NCBI GenBank assembly: GCA_044892505.1
Contig: CM097882.1
Coordinates: 345,970,037 to 346,024,000 of the forward strand
Length of the DNA stretch: 53,964 nt
Reading direction: 5' to 3'
Source of the DNA: Schmidtea nova
Lineage: Eukaryota
Shown here: positions 25,640 to 39,003 of the stretch, in pieces
Layout: every line of letters begins with the position of its first letter
Numbering within the stretch: the stretch's first letter is position 1
Notes under the pieces: model-generated
Databases searched by the model: none
Told to the model about the DNA's origin: nothing
What the model saw: only the letters and a program-made list of their open reading frames with translations
Position numbers and translations under genes: made by a program

Positions 25640-25752
25640 ATAGTCAATTAAAGGTAAAATTAGTTGATCAAATATCTTATCTAGAAGAAGAAATAATGAA
25701 ACTAAAAGTCGTACCCCATTCAAATACAGATTTAAAGTCTATCGAAACCGAA
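25640..25752 (+). CDS. CAMTA: CAMTA exon, helical segment after TIG
   Basis: Follows a 57-nt intron. DSQLKVKLVDQISYLEEEI resembles DNQFRMSILERLEQMERRM. Phase 1 to 0. Confidence 0.85.
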
Positions 25753-26239
25753 GTAAATTTTGTTTTGATATTTGATATTACCAAAATTTTATTCTTTAAA
25801 ACAAATTAACATTGTCAGTGAATCCATAAATAATGTCCACGGAAATTAAATCATGGAATACAATCTTCGGAAGAGGAAAAAAGGTCCACAAAAGACAACG
25901 AATAAAGATATAATTTTTATTTATCCACGTATTGATTCCCGTGGACTTTATTTTTGTGGATTTTTCCGTTTACTATTGTCAGATATTACAGTTGCAACTT
26001 CCTAATTTTTAATATTAAGTTGTAATATATGCATACGTTTAATGTATGACTTCAAGGTCGTTAACAACTAAACGAAATAATAATCAAACAAAAAATTTGC
26101 CTTTTTATTCGAAAATTGAAGAAGCTGCTAGACTGGAATGTTAATTAATTAAAATTTAATAAGTGATAAAAAAACCTAAAAATGTCTTTCAATAATCAGT
26201 AAATAAAAATATTGGTAAAATAGGAATCTCTGGGTAAAA

Positions 26240-26989
26240 NNNNNNNNNNNNNNNNNNNNNNNNNNNNNNNNNNNNNNNNNNNNNNNNNNNNNNNNNNNNN
26301 NNNNNNNNNNNNNNNNNNNNNNNNNNNNNNNNNNNNNNNNNNNNNNNNNNNNNNNNNNNNNNNNNNNNNNNNNNNNNNNNNNNNNNNNNNNNNNNNNNNN
26401 NNNNNNNNNNNNNNNNNNNNNNNNNNNNNNNNNNNNNNNNNNNNNNNNNNNNNNNNNNNNNNNNNNNNNNNNNNNNNNNNNNNNNNNNNNNNNNNNNNNN
26501 NNNNNNNNNNNNNNNNNNNNNNNNNNNNNNNNNNNNNNNNNNNNNNNNNNNNNNNNNNNNNNNNNNNNNNNNNNNNNNNNNNNNNNNNNNNNNNNNNNNN
26601 NNNNNNNNNNNNNNNNNNNNNNNNNNNNNNNNNNNNNNNNNNNNNNNNNNNNNNNNNNNNNNNNNNNNNNNNNNNNNNNNNNNNNNNNNNNNNNNNNNNN
26701 NNNNNNNNNNNNNNNNNNNNNNNNNNNNNNNNNNNNNNNNNNNNNNNNNNNNNNNNNNNNNNNNNNNNNNNNNNNNNNNNNNNNNNNNNNNNNNNNNNNN
26801 NNNNNNNNNNNNNNNNNNNNNNNNNNNNNNNNNNNNNNNNNNNNNNNNNNNNNNNNNNNNNNNNNNNNNNNNNNNNNNNNNNNNNNNNNNNNNNNNNNNN
26901 NNNNNNNNNNNNNNNNNNNNNNNNNNNNNNNNNNNNNNNNNNNNNNNNNNNNNNNNNNNNNNNNNNNNNNNNNNNNNNNNNNNNNNNNN
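26240..26989. other. Assembly gap (others: 20012-20270, 20452-20637, 36159-36362, 36532-36738, 51452-51814)
   Basis: Runs of N. Confidence 1.
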
Positions 26990-27998
26990 TATTTGCTTTT
27001 TTCATTTATAAAGTTTTGTTTTGAGAAAAGTTTGATTTAATAGGAGCCGGTATCAAAAATATGTAGATTTTGATTGTACGCATTCAAAGAAAAAAATCAG
27101 ATTAATAAATAATATTTGATGCCAGTAAGATATTTAATTATATCACAAAATAAAGATTTATAATCCGAAAGTCATTGATCATTTAAATCGCTTTTCAAAT
27201 CTGGCTACATACAATCACGATTATCCATTACTATCAAAATTTTACTCTTTTTAAAATTTAAAGGATATCCCTAATTTTCGTATATTTCTTGAAATTACTG
27301 TATTATGTATGTTTTTATTTAAACTGCTTCCCCTATTTCTTATTTTCAATAACATTAAAGTTATTGCTTCCACGACCACTTCGAATATCATCCAGTGCTT
27401 TAATCACTTTTTGAATTAACGAATTCAAAACTTAGTCTTGATCAACTTTTCCAATGATTTCTGTTTCTATTTTTAGGTAAATATGTCATGTTTTATCATT
27501 CTTTTGCCATTCTTTTTAGCAAATTGTTAATTAAAGTTATATAATTTTCATTATTTTCCATTGTTTCTTCATAAATTCATTTTCATTACTTTCAAGATTA
27601 TATTCTATTGAAGCATTTCATGTCTAGTTTTCAATGGATCATCTCAACTATTAACTACATCATTGATTATATCCAAGGAAGTTAATAATAATAGCAATTC
27701 ACTTCTAGAATAAAAATGAATTTAATTTTCACTCTAGAAATAAAATTGATTCAATCAAACAAGCTTAAAATTATAAAAATTAAAGAAATGAAAAAATTAA
27801 TAGCAAAAATTATTTTTACCTTAATATTGGTCAATAAATTTAAAATAACTTTGAAAAATGTATTATTTTCAACCTTAAACTTTCAGTTAAATGACATTTT
27901 TAAAATGAATTATTATCCTGATTTATATTTACTAGTGATTTATATGTAAATTTGTAATTTTGGTTTTAACCTTCAACCTAAACAAATATTTGGTTTAG

Positions 27999-28228
27999 AA
28001 CATATCAGCAGAAATGATTCGAGTGAGGCGTTGGTGTTGCAAAGATAGTCTTGAGCTAGTTTTATCACGTTGTTGTTTTACATGGTGTCGCCGAGCTCTA
28101 TGTAATCTCAAGGGACATGCCAACTTAGATTTTTCTAATCAAGAACAAAAAATAAAAGATTCAGAAGTTTATCTAGACAACTGCCTGTCTATAGATTTAC
28201 CATTAATTCATTCAATCGCTGGACTTGG
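27999..28228 (+). CDS. CAMTA: CAMTA exon leading into first ankyrin repeat
   Basis: tttag|AAC...GG|gtagct. Ends LPLIHSIAGLG, resembling MTLLHLAAAQG. Phase 0 to 2. Confidence 0.82.
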
Positions 28229-31200
28229 GTAGCTATTAAATTTGTTTTCTGAATCATTTTTATACAGTTAGATTACTGGGTAACATGCAACATTTCATAT
28301 TCATATTTATTTATTTAGTAATATAATTATATTAGTATAGTTATAAAATACACAAATAACTTAGAAATATTATTAAAAGTAGTTTTTAAAAAATAAATTT
28401 GTTAGTTAATTCGAAAACTATTTTTTGCAGTAATCATGTCAATGATCATTAAGTCCTAAAATATTAAGACAATTAATAATTATTGTTTGAGATGTTCTGG
28501 ATTCACGGAATATGAAGTTCCAAATTTCCTTGACGATGAATTGAAACATCAGGACAATTTCTTTGTGCCATCAGGTTACGTGACATATCATCACCCAACT
28601 TTTTTTCTGGGTTCATCTGAAGACTAGAGTATACACAAGAAGAAAAAAAGAATCTTCAAGACCACAAAGATTTGATGTGAAGCTGATAAAGTATGAAATA
28701 TATCACCAGAAATGTGTGAAAATTTCATCAATTCTTTCTTTTATCAATTACACATGGACAGTTATGTTATTTGACTAACTTTTGAAAAATATTAAATTTA
28801 GTTAATAAGTGTTTATTTTGAATGTCTAAAAATATTAAATATCAAAAGACGGTAATAACCTCTTGTATATCTTGTATTTATAGCATTTAAAATACGTTTG
28901 GTTCAATAATTACCATTTTTAAATGAATATAACAGTATAGATAAATAAGGCTTAAAGTGTTTACTTTATGAAAAGACTTTTAAAAAGTCAATAATGTTAC
29001 ACATGGTCTGAGTACGAAATTCATATATAAGTAGTACAGAATTTCAATTTTTTTGAAGATTTTGAAACTAAGACAATAAGTCCACAAAATGAAGGGTTTA
29101 AGAAATGAGATAAATTCATGTCCAAAACAGAAGGAAGGGACTTATTACTTACCAAGGTACAGAGATAAGCAAAAAGTAAGAAAAGGTAATTTCATAAATT
29201 ATTTGGATTCAACTCATGCAAAGTTTTTTTAAAATAGTAACTTTGATTTTCAAGAAACATTCAATCATTTTTATAGGTATATATTTACAAATTAAATATT
29301 AACTTTTATGTAAAATATCTTTAAAAATAGTGTTTTCAAATTAACATTTTAAATTTAAACATAATAAATTTATTATATTAATGTGAATGAAATGTATGAT
29401 GAATAAAATCTGTCCTTCTAAAAATATCAGTATTTTACATATAAAAAAAACTTCTCAAAAATATTATTTGTTTTAAAACAAAAATAAAACAATTTTTTGA
29501 TTAAAATACATTATTTGGAAATTGTTGAATTTATGGATGTTATAAATACTAAAGTGCATTCATGTGTATGTTCGAAGGAAGAGTATAATTTCGGATTTAA
29601 TCCCAATTATTTATTTTCTATTTCAGATTATGACGTTGAGTATATTACAAAATAATGTATTTAATTGTAAACTTTTTATAAGCACTTTAATATATTAAGA
29701 TTTTAATGTTTGAATTTTTGAAGTTAATATGAGTTACATATTTTCTCGAAAATCTTGACAAAATATTTTGGGATCAGAAAATATCACTAATATTTCTCGA
29801 GATTTGAGAACCGAATTATTTTTTTTTGTTTTATGTACAAATCCTTTTACCAGAAATAAATTAGCAACATTATTTGCCTGTAAGGTAGTCAAGATCATAC
29901 GCCTTGCTGAATAGGTATACCCTGACGACATCTCCACCAATCTTGATGGCCTGTCAACAATAAAGTCATTACGTGGTTATGCACGTAATGCACAATTCCA
30001 TGTTACTGAAGAAACTGTACACTAGTTATTTTGTCATGACATAAAGCAGATAATTGCAACCAATTCATTTGCATTTTTAATTAGACATTTTTAATTTGCA
30101 CTTTTAATTACTTTATTTGAAATAAATAAACCGAAAGTAAATAAAACATAAAATATTTCGAGTGTATTAAAAAACAATTACCGAAAATTCTGATGTAGAA
30201 ACTTTACACTTGAACTAGAATTTATGAAAAATGGTCTACGTTAAAAATTATTTAAAAACAGATAATACAAACCTTGATTCTGTTTTCACACGATAGATAC
30301 GTTATCAAAGAATACGTAAGAAATATTCATATAAAAATACATTGTGTATATGGATAAAAAAACATTGAATCCAGATCTAAAAAATTAGCAAAAATATTAT
30401 AGCCAATAAACAACATAAAAAATATTTTTATTTCATAACGATTGTACATGTAATAAAAATAAATAAAATAAATTTACATTTGAAAAGTACAAAATCTAAC
30501 TAATTCACGAACAAAAAAATCTGAGTTACATATAAAAATTTACTTTTATAATGTGTTACTTTCTGACAATAAACGGCGCACATTCACATTATAATTTTAT
30601 GGATTTTTTATATTATAGAAAAAATAATTGAATGAAACACAATTTATTCTCTTCCTCTATATCGTAAAATATAAATGATAGAATAAAGAATATATCAAAT
30701 TGGCATGTTTGATGTATGTTTGGTTAGTGTCATGCTTTGGGTACTTCACTCATTTTATGCATTATTATTGTGTATCCATGATTATAAAAAAAAAATTCTT
30801 AAAATTTCTAAATTTTTTAGATTTTGTGCCGCTGGTTGTAAATCAAATCATCTCTGTAAAAAATTTGTATAAAAACAAAACATGATCTATTCGAAAAATT
30901 GTCTACTTTATATAAAACACTATTTTATACGACTCATCTTTTTGCTTTTATTTTATGATCATTGGAGAAATATTTTCAATTTCTACAAACCCGAAAGTGA
31001 AAATCAGAAAATATGACTGAAATGCATTCCTTTAATAACCGGCTTGTGTCAAGTTTTATATAGTATTTGATTTCAATAATTAATTTTAATTCAAGTAAAA
31101 TATTTTTCAAAAACTTTTTTTAAAATTTTTTTCTTTTTACAAATAATTGTTTTTTGAAGTATAAAGCAAACATAAAAATTGCCGTCAGATCAATAATTTT

Positions 31201-31289
31201 CTTTTTCAACAAAAAAATATTTCTTTGTCTTTATTTTGTTTTTGAAATATCGAAAATAATATGTTGAAATGAAATAATGAATAATTCAG

Positions 31290-31432
31290 ATACATCGAAT
31301 TTTTGCGATTGATTTTCATTTGGTACATTCTATATCTGAGACAAATACGTCTGTTTTGTTGCAACAGTAATATTTCTGAAGCAATGAAATTGTGTATCAG
31401 AAATTCTCAAGAGAAAATTGAATTCATATCTG
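31290..31432 (+). CDS. CAMTA: CAMTA exon, ankyrin region
   Basis: attcag|A TAC...G|gtagac. (G)YIEFLRLIFIW resembles GYATLIQTLIKW. Phase 2 to 1. Confidence 0.82.
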
Positions 31433-31492
31433 GTAGACTGATTTAATAAGAATTTTTTGTTATATTTTAATCCCGGCTTCATTTAATTGCAG

Positions 31493-31644
31493 GATTGAAG
31501 GATAATGACTTGGATCAGCATGGTTTTTCGGCTTTGATGTGGGCAGGGTTACGAGAACATACTCAATTACTCCGGCTTTTAGCTATGTGGTCTCCGAGAC
31601 TTATCATGATTCAAAATAAATATTGTGAATTAAAGCTTGTTGAT
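31493..31644 (+). CDS. CAMTA: CAMTA exon, ankyrin repeat
   Basis: Follows a 60-nt intron. DLDQHGFSALMWAGLREH..LLRLLAMW resembles VDHFSCTPLMWACALGH..AVVLYKW. Donor gttagt, phase 0. Confidence 0.9.
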
Positions 31645-32500
31645 GTTAGTAGACTTTATATTACTTATAATTTTCCTAGACTTGAGTGTGTTCTTACAAA
31701 TTTTGTAACATTTTCAACTGATTTCGTTAGGATTGGGAAATTCTTTCTCGAAACTTTATTAATTTTAGGACCTTTAAAAATTATTTATGATCTTTATAAT
31801 ATGAATTAGAATTATTTATAATATGAAATTAATAATTACAATTTCCATAATTGCCGCTTTTCAAAGTTACAAGCTTTAATAAATACGATTCGAGCATGAC
31901 TAACAAAGTTACTGAAATTGTTACAGAAGTCGAGTCACCGAAGAAGTTACAAATGGACGGATAATTTTAACAAAAACATAAAGCGAAAGATGATATATTA
32001 TATGAATTACTTATTATAGTCGAATAAATCGCGCAGTTATTCAAGACAAACACAAAATCAAAACTTCAATGTATAAAAACGACGATTTTTAATGAAACAT
32101 CAACAGCTTTAGTAATTAAATCCCTATAAAAAATAGTGAAAAAGTATTTGTCTGTAAGAATTCTGAGACTGAAAATCCCATTCAAATTGGACTGAAACCA
32201 AAATTTATTGTAGATAATGTGAGGGCTCAAAATCCTATAAAAAATTCTGAGACCAAATTTGTCTATAGAAAGGCTGAAAATCTGTTTGATAAAAGTGAAA
32301 CATTTTTTGTCTGTAGAAAATGTTAGCTCAAAATATTAGTCATTTTATCTTACCACTAAAATGTCATTTTTCAAAAAATATTTTCACGCCAAAAATTATG
32401 TCCCTACAAGTGGAAGGTGTTGATGCCTATTTTTTCGTCATCCTGACAAGCTTTTACTAAATAACATTCTTTTAGTTTTCGCCACAAATATTGAATAGAT

Positions 32501-32894
32501 CAGTGATTCTCAACCTTTTTGGCTTGCGGTACACTAAACGAATTTTATGATTTTTGTGGCACATCTGGGAAAGATTATTTTAGCAATTTTTATGTCATAA
32601 AAGTTATATATTTTCTTAAATTGCTTCGTCGACGATCAGAAGTCTCTCTATTTCTTTTTTGATCGATCATAACCAGGAAACCGGATTCTCAAAACCATGA
32701 TGTTGCAAATGGCTGAGCAACATTGATTGCTTTTGAACTTATATCAGAATTTGATTTTATAATGGAAATCCAAAGTTCGTCCAAGTCTTGGTTTATTTTA
32801 AATTCTCCTTAAAAATCCTAGCAATTTAAAATATTTTCTAAATTTCTTGCGTCACACCAGCGAAAGTTTCGTACATATATGTTGAGAATCACTG
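32501..32894. mobile_element. hAT (Buster-type) MITE
   Basis: Perfect 14-bp TIR CAGTGATTCTCAAC and GTTGAGAATCACTG. Target duplication not matched. Confidence 0.82.
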
Positions 32895-33389
32895 ATAAAT
32901 AAATCACTGATAAAGTTTATAATCTACGGTAAACACTATCGAGGTGCTATTACACTTATATATTTTATGTCTTGAATGTTGCTCCAAATCTAAGTGTAAA
33001 GATCTCGCGATATACTTAAATATTTACGGTACCCTGGGGTTATTCTGACTTTCCTTTATTAGAACAATTATTTATTGATTTTAAATATCTAAGGACTAAA
33101 ATAAATTTTTTAATCGAGTTTAAAAGTGTTTTCAAATCTCATTCGTATAGTAGAAATGGCGAAAAAGAAATGAGTGAAGTTTATACTAATAAATTATGCT
33201 TGAAAATATTTTGTATATTTGGATTAATTTTTAATTGGGAGATGGTTGAAGTAAGTCCAAAATATGCATTAAGCTATTAGTTTAAATCAGGGCGGTCAAA
33301 CCCTAAGTTTGTGGACCACATATTACTGAGAATTAATTATCTCATCAGTAAAGAAAAATAAATTTATTTAATTAAAATATGCATTAAGC

Positions 33390-33658
33390 CAGTGGTTTCC
33401 AACCTTTTTGTACCGGCGCCCCCCTTTTAAAAAAATAGTTCGTGCGCCCCCCTTTAAAAAACAAATTGTTGCGTCCCGTTAATTTATCTAAAAATCAAAT
33501 TTCATAAATACTCAACTGATATTATAATTTATTTAATGGGCTTGTGGATTACGTATACCGCTGATTCATTTTTTTGACACTTATTCGACTTTTTTGGTTT
33601 GTATTCGAAAATGATATTTTGGAAACAGCTGCATGCCCCCTTGCAACAGTCTCGCGCC
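33390..33658 (+). mobile_element. hAT MITE left portion, right end missing
   Basis: Starts CAGTGGTTTCCAACCTTTTT after CATTAAGC, which fits the Buster NNNTANNN target. Confidence 0.65.
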
Positions 33659-33954
33659 TATTAGTTTAAATCAAGGCGGTCAAACCCTAAGTTTGTGGAC
33701 CACATATTACTGAGAATTAATTATCTCTTCAGTAAAGAAAAATAAATTTATTTAATTTTTTTACGAAATATTTATAAGAAAAGTAATGAAGGTAATGAAG
33801 TTTTATTGTTTAAATATTTATCGTTTTTCATTTTTAAAAATATTACTTATTTCACTGTTTAGAACTATTTTACCTGCTCAATGATTATAAAAATTTCTTA
33901 ATAAAAATTTTATTATTATTATGCTACGGCATTTTTTACTATTTGTCATTATTT

Positions 33955-35090
33955 ATATCATACCCAATAAGTAATGATACTCTTAAAGAAATAAATAAAT
34001 GAACGAATATATATTTCGTTTGTGCAATAAGCAAGTCATGTATGAGTTATTTCTCAAAATAATATCAATTTGTATCGACACATTTTCCCCCAATGTATAA
34101 TGAGTTTTTGGAATGCGATTCGGAACAAACTATGAAACTTTTCGCCCATAAAATGTGCCACTGTATCTTTTAACTCGTCTTTCGTGAAAAACTGCTGGTC
34201 TCAAGTGGATTTCTTGACGTGATTAAACAAGCAGACGTCCGATGGAGCTAAATTCAGACTGTAGGGAGGATGGATAAGCACATTAAGACCACAACTCTCA
34301 ATTGTGCCTATTGAAACTGCACTTGTGTGAATGGGAGCGTTATCGTGTAAGTAATAGAGCCCATATATCCTTCTTTTCTTTCGGAGCTTCCTTGTTTCTT
34401 GCACAAATTTAGAGTTTTAGGAGCTGTTAATTCAAAATCTACTTTCTGCAAAATCAGCCAGAATGATGCCATTGGCATCCCGAAGCACAGTCAATATGAG
34501 TGCTATTAAGAAACTTGTTGACGACCTCATCTTCTTAAAACATCCTCTCTTGGCAGTTTCCACTTTTCAGATTCCCATTTAGACTGTGGAACATATAGTG
34601 AAAGTAGTGCTCAACCATGGTTATAATATTATCCAAAAAACTCTCCAACATCGTTCAAAATCTGAAGGTTCTCTTCGCAGCAATGCATACATCTATTTGG
34701 CATGTCACCACTTTAAAAACGTGGTATGAAACGAGAACACAATTTCCTTATGCTTTTTTCATCGAGTAATGTATAAAAATAGTGCCTCTACTCACTTTAA
34801 GGCACATTTTTAGCTCTCTGGTTGTAATTTTCCTCAGTCCGAACAATTTCTCAGGTCTTCCACTATTTTTCTTTGATTTTACAAGGCCTTCCTGGCTTTT
34901 CCTCACCATAAACTGAGATTACACCACTCTGGAAATAATTATGCGAACGGTAAATTGTTGCTTTTGATGGGCCCTTACAACCATAAACATCACTCAGCTC
35001 TGTATTGACTTCTTCTATAGTCTTGATTTTAATAGATAGAAAACAAATGACAATGCGGTATTACACGCTTTCTGTGGAAATTTTAAAAAA
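33955..35090 (-). pseudogene. Older degenerate mariner related to the 22548 element
   Basis: LHDNAPIHTSAVS..HPPYSLNLAPSD (ORF 34201-34404) and RKITTREL..RKLCSRFIPRF. TIR remnant CCCAATAAGT at ~33963. It lies between hAT-like ends at ~33673 and ~35297. Confidence 0.85.
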
Positions 35091-35764
35091 AGTGCTAAAA
35101 TTTCTTAATTATGCAATAACTAATTAAAAAATACCAGTATTTTTACCTATATACAATTGAATATATATTTACGGTTTATATATTTACATTATTTATTAAC
35201 TTTTTTGCCTATCAATTATCGTTAAAATTTGCATATTATATATGTGGTCCTATACACTTGTTTTTGCCAATGTGGCCCAAGAAAGCCAGAAGGTTTAAAC
35301 TATGTAAATTTAAAATGAATCAAATCAATGCATCAGAGTAAAATAGACAATTTTTTGTCAGTAATGATAACTAAGTAATTTAAGCTTATCGTACATCACT
35401 GTTATCACTCATTATTGTATCCTGAAAATTTTAATAAATGTCATTTAAGCTATATTTTCCATTTAAATAAAATCTAGTATGCTGTTTAAAAATAAATGAG
35501 CAATATATTTGAAATAACATTTTTAAATAGGCAGTGCCGAAAATTTGTGTTAAATCGAAAACATTTTGATCTATAATTTGAAAGAATGAAAATAAATTAA
35601 ATCGAGTATATTTGAATTGAACGTTCTGCATAATTTCATAGTATTTTAACACTTTTGTCTATTCTGAGAGGAATTGATTCAAATTTATTAATAGGAAAAT
35701 TAAATTGGTTTATTTTGCTGATAGACATTGCCATTGATATAAATATAATATATTTTTTGTATAG

Positions 35765-36121
35765 ATATTAAAATTGGCGAATAAATCAGAAGTGACTAAA
35801 TTCGTTATAGAAATAATTGATCGGTACTGTGATAAAAGTGGACAATTTTTGGCTCCGACAGATGGACAAGTTGATGCTCTTTGGGATTGCATGGGGAATA
35901 TCAGCGAATCAGATCTTGATGAACTGATTGATATAGAAGATATAATTAAATTAAGTTCTGACTGTCCTACTGATGAAATTTCAAGTAGTATCAATTCCAG
36001 AAATGACATAGATCAACATTCAATTGAATCATCCAAACATCAAAGTATGGACTGCGAAGAATTTGAAGGTGTTAATCAAAATGAAGTGCAAATGGTTTGT
36101 TTAGCTGGACGAATTATTCAA
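35765..36121 (+). CDS. CAMTA: CAMTA exon, end of ankyrin region to acidic linker
   Basis: gtatag|ATA...CAA|gtaaca. Ends EVQMVCLAGRIIQ and joins AMPTRIK in the next exon, resembling MMTLAEHIIEATPDRIK. Confidence 0.87.
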
Positions 36122-36362
36122 GTAACATTAATTTTAAATGCATTTATAATAATAGATANNNNNNNNNNNNNNNNNNNNNNNNNNNNNNNNNNNNNNNNNN
36201 NNNNNNNNNNNNNNNNNNNNNNNNNNNNNNNNNNNNNNNNNNNNNNNNNNNNNNNNNNNNNNNNNNNNNNNNNNNNNNNNNNNNNNNNNNNNNNNNNNNN
36301 NNNNNNNNNNNNNNNNNNNNNNNNNNNNNNNNNNNNNNNNNNNNNNNNNNNNNNNNNNNNNN

Positions 36363-36531
36363 ACCTTTGATCTTTTTTTATTATTATCAATAATTCTCAT
36401 AATGACTATAGATCAAAATTTTTTTTTATAAACAATAACACAATATTTCGGCACAGCCTTTATACACACTTGATAAAGGCTGTGCCGAAATATTGTGTTA
36501 TTGTTTATAAAAAAAAATTTTGATCTATAGT
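36363..36531. repeat. Palindromic foldback element, copy 2 (between N-gaps)
   Basis: Same arms as copy 1 with a 10-bp deletion at the centre. Confidence 0.88.
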
Positions 36532-37695
36532 NNNNNNNNNNNNNNNNNNNNNNNNNNNNNNNNNNNNNNNNNNNNNNNNNNNNNNNNNNNNNNNNNNNNN
36601 NNNNNNNNNNNNNNNNNNNNNNNNNNNNNNNNNNNNNNNNNNNNNNNNNNNNNNNNNNNNNNNNNNNNNNNNNNNNNNNNNNNNNNNNNNNNNNNNNNNN
36701 NNNNNNNNNNNNNNNNNNNNNNNNNNNNNNNNNNNNNNTTAGAATAAATAATTAGAATAATAAAATTAATAATAATAATTAATTATATAACCGGGTCACT
36801 ATTACACTATTGGTTGATGACTGATTTAGGAATGTTTGTGTGCAATGAAATGAAGTAGGTATGTTTGTGATCTGTATCAATAATATAGCCTAAACTAGTA
36901 ACACTTTTTTCATAGATAATGGAAGGGCTATAGATAGTATTTACAATCCCTTGTTTATTGACTATAGATCAAATTTTATTTTAGTTGTTAGGTACACAAT
37001 CTTTATCAAGTGCGTATTTCCATACACCAGTGATTCCCCAAGTGGTCTATATCGAATCCCAGGGGTCCACAAGAACCTGCAAGGGGTCCATCTCCGCGAC
37101 AAAAATGGGGGTCAATGATAGGGGATCTCATATAAGCAGCTGGTGTAGCCTGTGTCAACTTTTTAGCTAGCTAGATCTCCAAAATCTGTGCACCAGATCA
37201 CGTAGATTTGTTACTTAGTTTTTACGAGAAATCGTAACAAATAAACCGACAATACACTACTACGGTTTTGTATACAAACTTATTTTTGAAAATAATATTA
37301 CTAGCGAAGTAGGGATTTTATAGTTCACTATTTTATTCCATTTACCTAGTAATTAAATTATATTAATATATTTCAAAAATTGTGTAAATTGTAGGCATTC
37401 GTTTTATGGCTGCAATCTAATTAGAACTTGTAAAAACTTGCACATAATGATATTCCAGTATCATCATGTTACATCCATACGCGCAGTAGAAGTTCTTGTC
37501 CATTCTTGTCTCACGAAGACAGGACAGGAAGACTCGTACTTGCACTGACTTGTTCAATTCGTCAGTCAATAAATACTAATATGAGACAAAGTTGAGTTAT
37601 TAGTAATTTAATATTCAAATCATTCATAATTACACGCGTACTCCTCAATAGTTTCCTTTTTCAAGCAATCGTTATTACAGGTTTATTCGTGAATA

Positions 37696-37704
37696 TATAT
37701 GTTA

Positions 37705-37760
<56 letters not shown>

Positions 37761-37848
37761 ATTCATGATTATATATATGTTATTCATGATTATATATATT
37801 CTATTCAATATTATATATATTCTATTCAATATTATATATAGTATTCAT

Positions 37849-37893
<45 letters not shown>
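37696..37893. repeat. (TA)n tracts around a ~21-bp TA-rich minisatellite
   Basis: Units such as gttattcatgattatatatat and ctattcaatattatatatatt between two (TA)n runs. Confidence 0.85.
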
Positions 37894-37894
<1 letters not shown>

Positions 37895-37924
37895 TTGAAT
37901 TTATTTACTACATATAATAAAACA

Positions 37925-39003
37925 ATGGAAAACGACGACAACGAAACCAGGAGACCCAAACTGCGAACGACAATCACTGTAAAAGATCTCGAAACAATTT
38001 ATGCGATGCATAATGATGTCGATTCATTTGTAAAAATCGCCAAGAATCTAAATCTATTTACCATAACTATCCAGAAACGATTTGTGGAGATTGATAGATG
38101 TATGTTTGAAAACAGTAATTTATCGACTTTGGTCAAGAAGGGCAGAGCCGTTGTAAACGATGGCAACATATTATTGCAGTTGCAGAGAATTATCCAAGAC
38201 GACCCACTTTTAACGCAAAGAGGAATGAGGAAAAAATTGGAAGTAAATAATATTCTGACATCTCAGCCAACGATCTCGCGGAAATTGAAAGATGTAGAGA
38301 TAACAAGGAAAAGGGTAAAGAGAGTATACGAAAAAGTGACGGATTTGTGAATAATTAATGAACGAAAGGCCTTTTCGATAAAATATAGGAATACCCCGAA
38401 CTCCAAATTATTGTATCTCGATGAAACAGGACTTAATCTCCACACAATGATGAATTATGGATATTCACCGAAGAATACGCCGGTAAATGTTCTTGTAAAA
38501 CCAAGAGGAATGAATGTCAGCTACATGGTTTTGATATCTAATGAGAGTATATTAAAATATAAATTAATAGACGGAGCTTATAATGCGTGTAGTTTTCAAG
38601 ATTTCATGAATGAGGCAGTGGAAGAAGGTATTGATTTTAGAAATCGAATTGTCTTGATGGACAATGTAAGATTTCACAAAACTGCTTCGATGAGAGAGTT
38701 TTTTAACTTAAAAAACATTGCTTTTGATTTTATTCCCCCATATTCCCTTGCATTAAATCCAATTGAAGAATGCTTCAGTGTTTTCAAGGCAAGATATTTC
38801 AATAAAAACCGCTACCACAGAATAATTCGGATATTAAACAGTTGGTTGTAGAAGTATTTGGTGAAATGAATGAAGATATTGGTCTTGACATGAATGCATT
38901 CTACGTACATATGAGGGAGTTCATGGAGTTGGCCTACACGGGTGCCTTTTTTTTTGAATAAAATTTTTGCAGTGTTAAAAACTTTAAAAAAATGTGGCAT
39001 CGG
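37925..39003 (+). pseudogene. IS630/Tc1 (DD34E) transposase with one stop and a late frameshift
   Basis: ATG at 37925, in-frame TGA at 38348. YLDETG, MDNVRFH and NPIEE with 34-residue spacing. Frameshift near 38810. No 5' TIR found. Confidence 0.88.

Noticed and set aside
31645-31809. Read-through part of ORF 31495-31809
   Set aside because: The GTTAGT donor at 31645 joins in phase to 35765 and restores the ankyrin pattern, so the rest is intron.
37556-37570. Minus-strand CTGACGA as a hammerhead core (other CTGANGA hits also checked)
   Set aside because: No matching GAAA with stems I-III was found.
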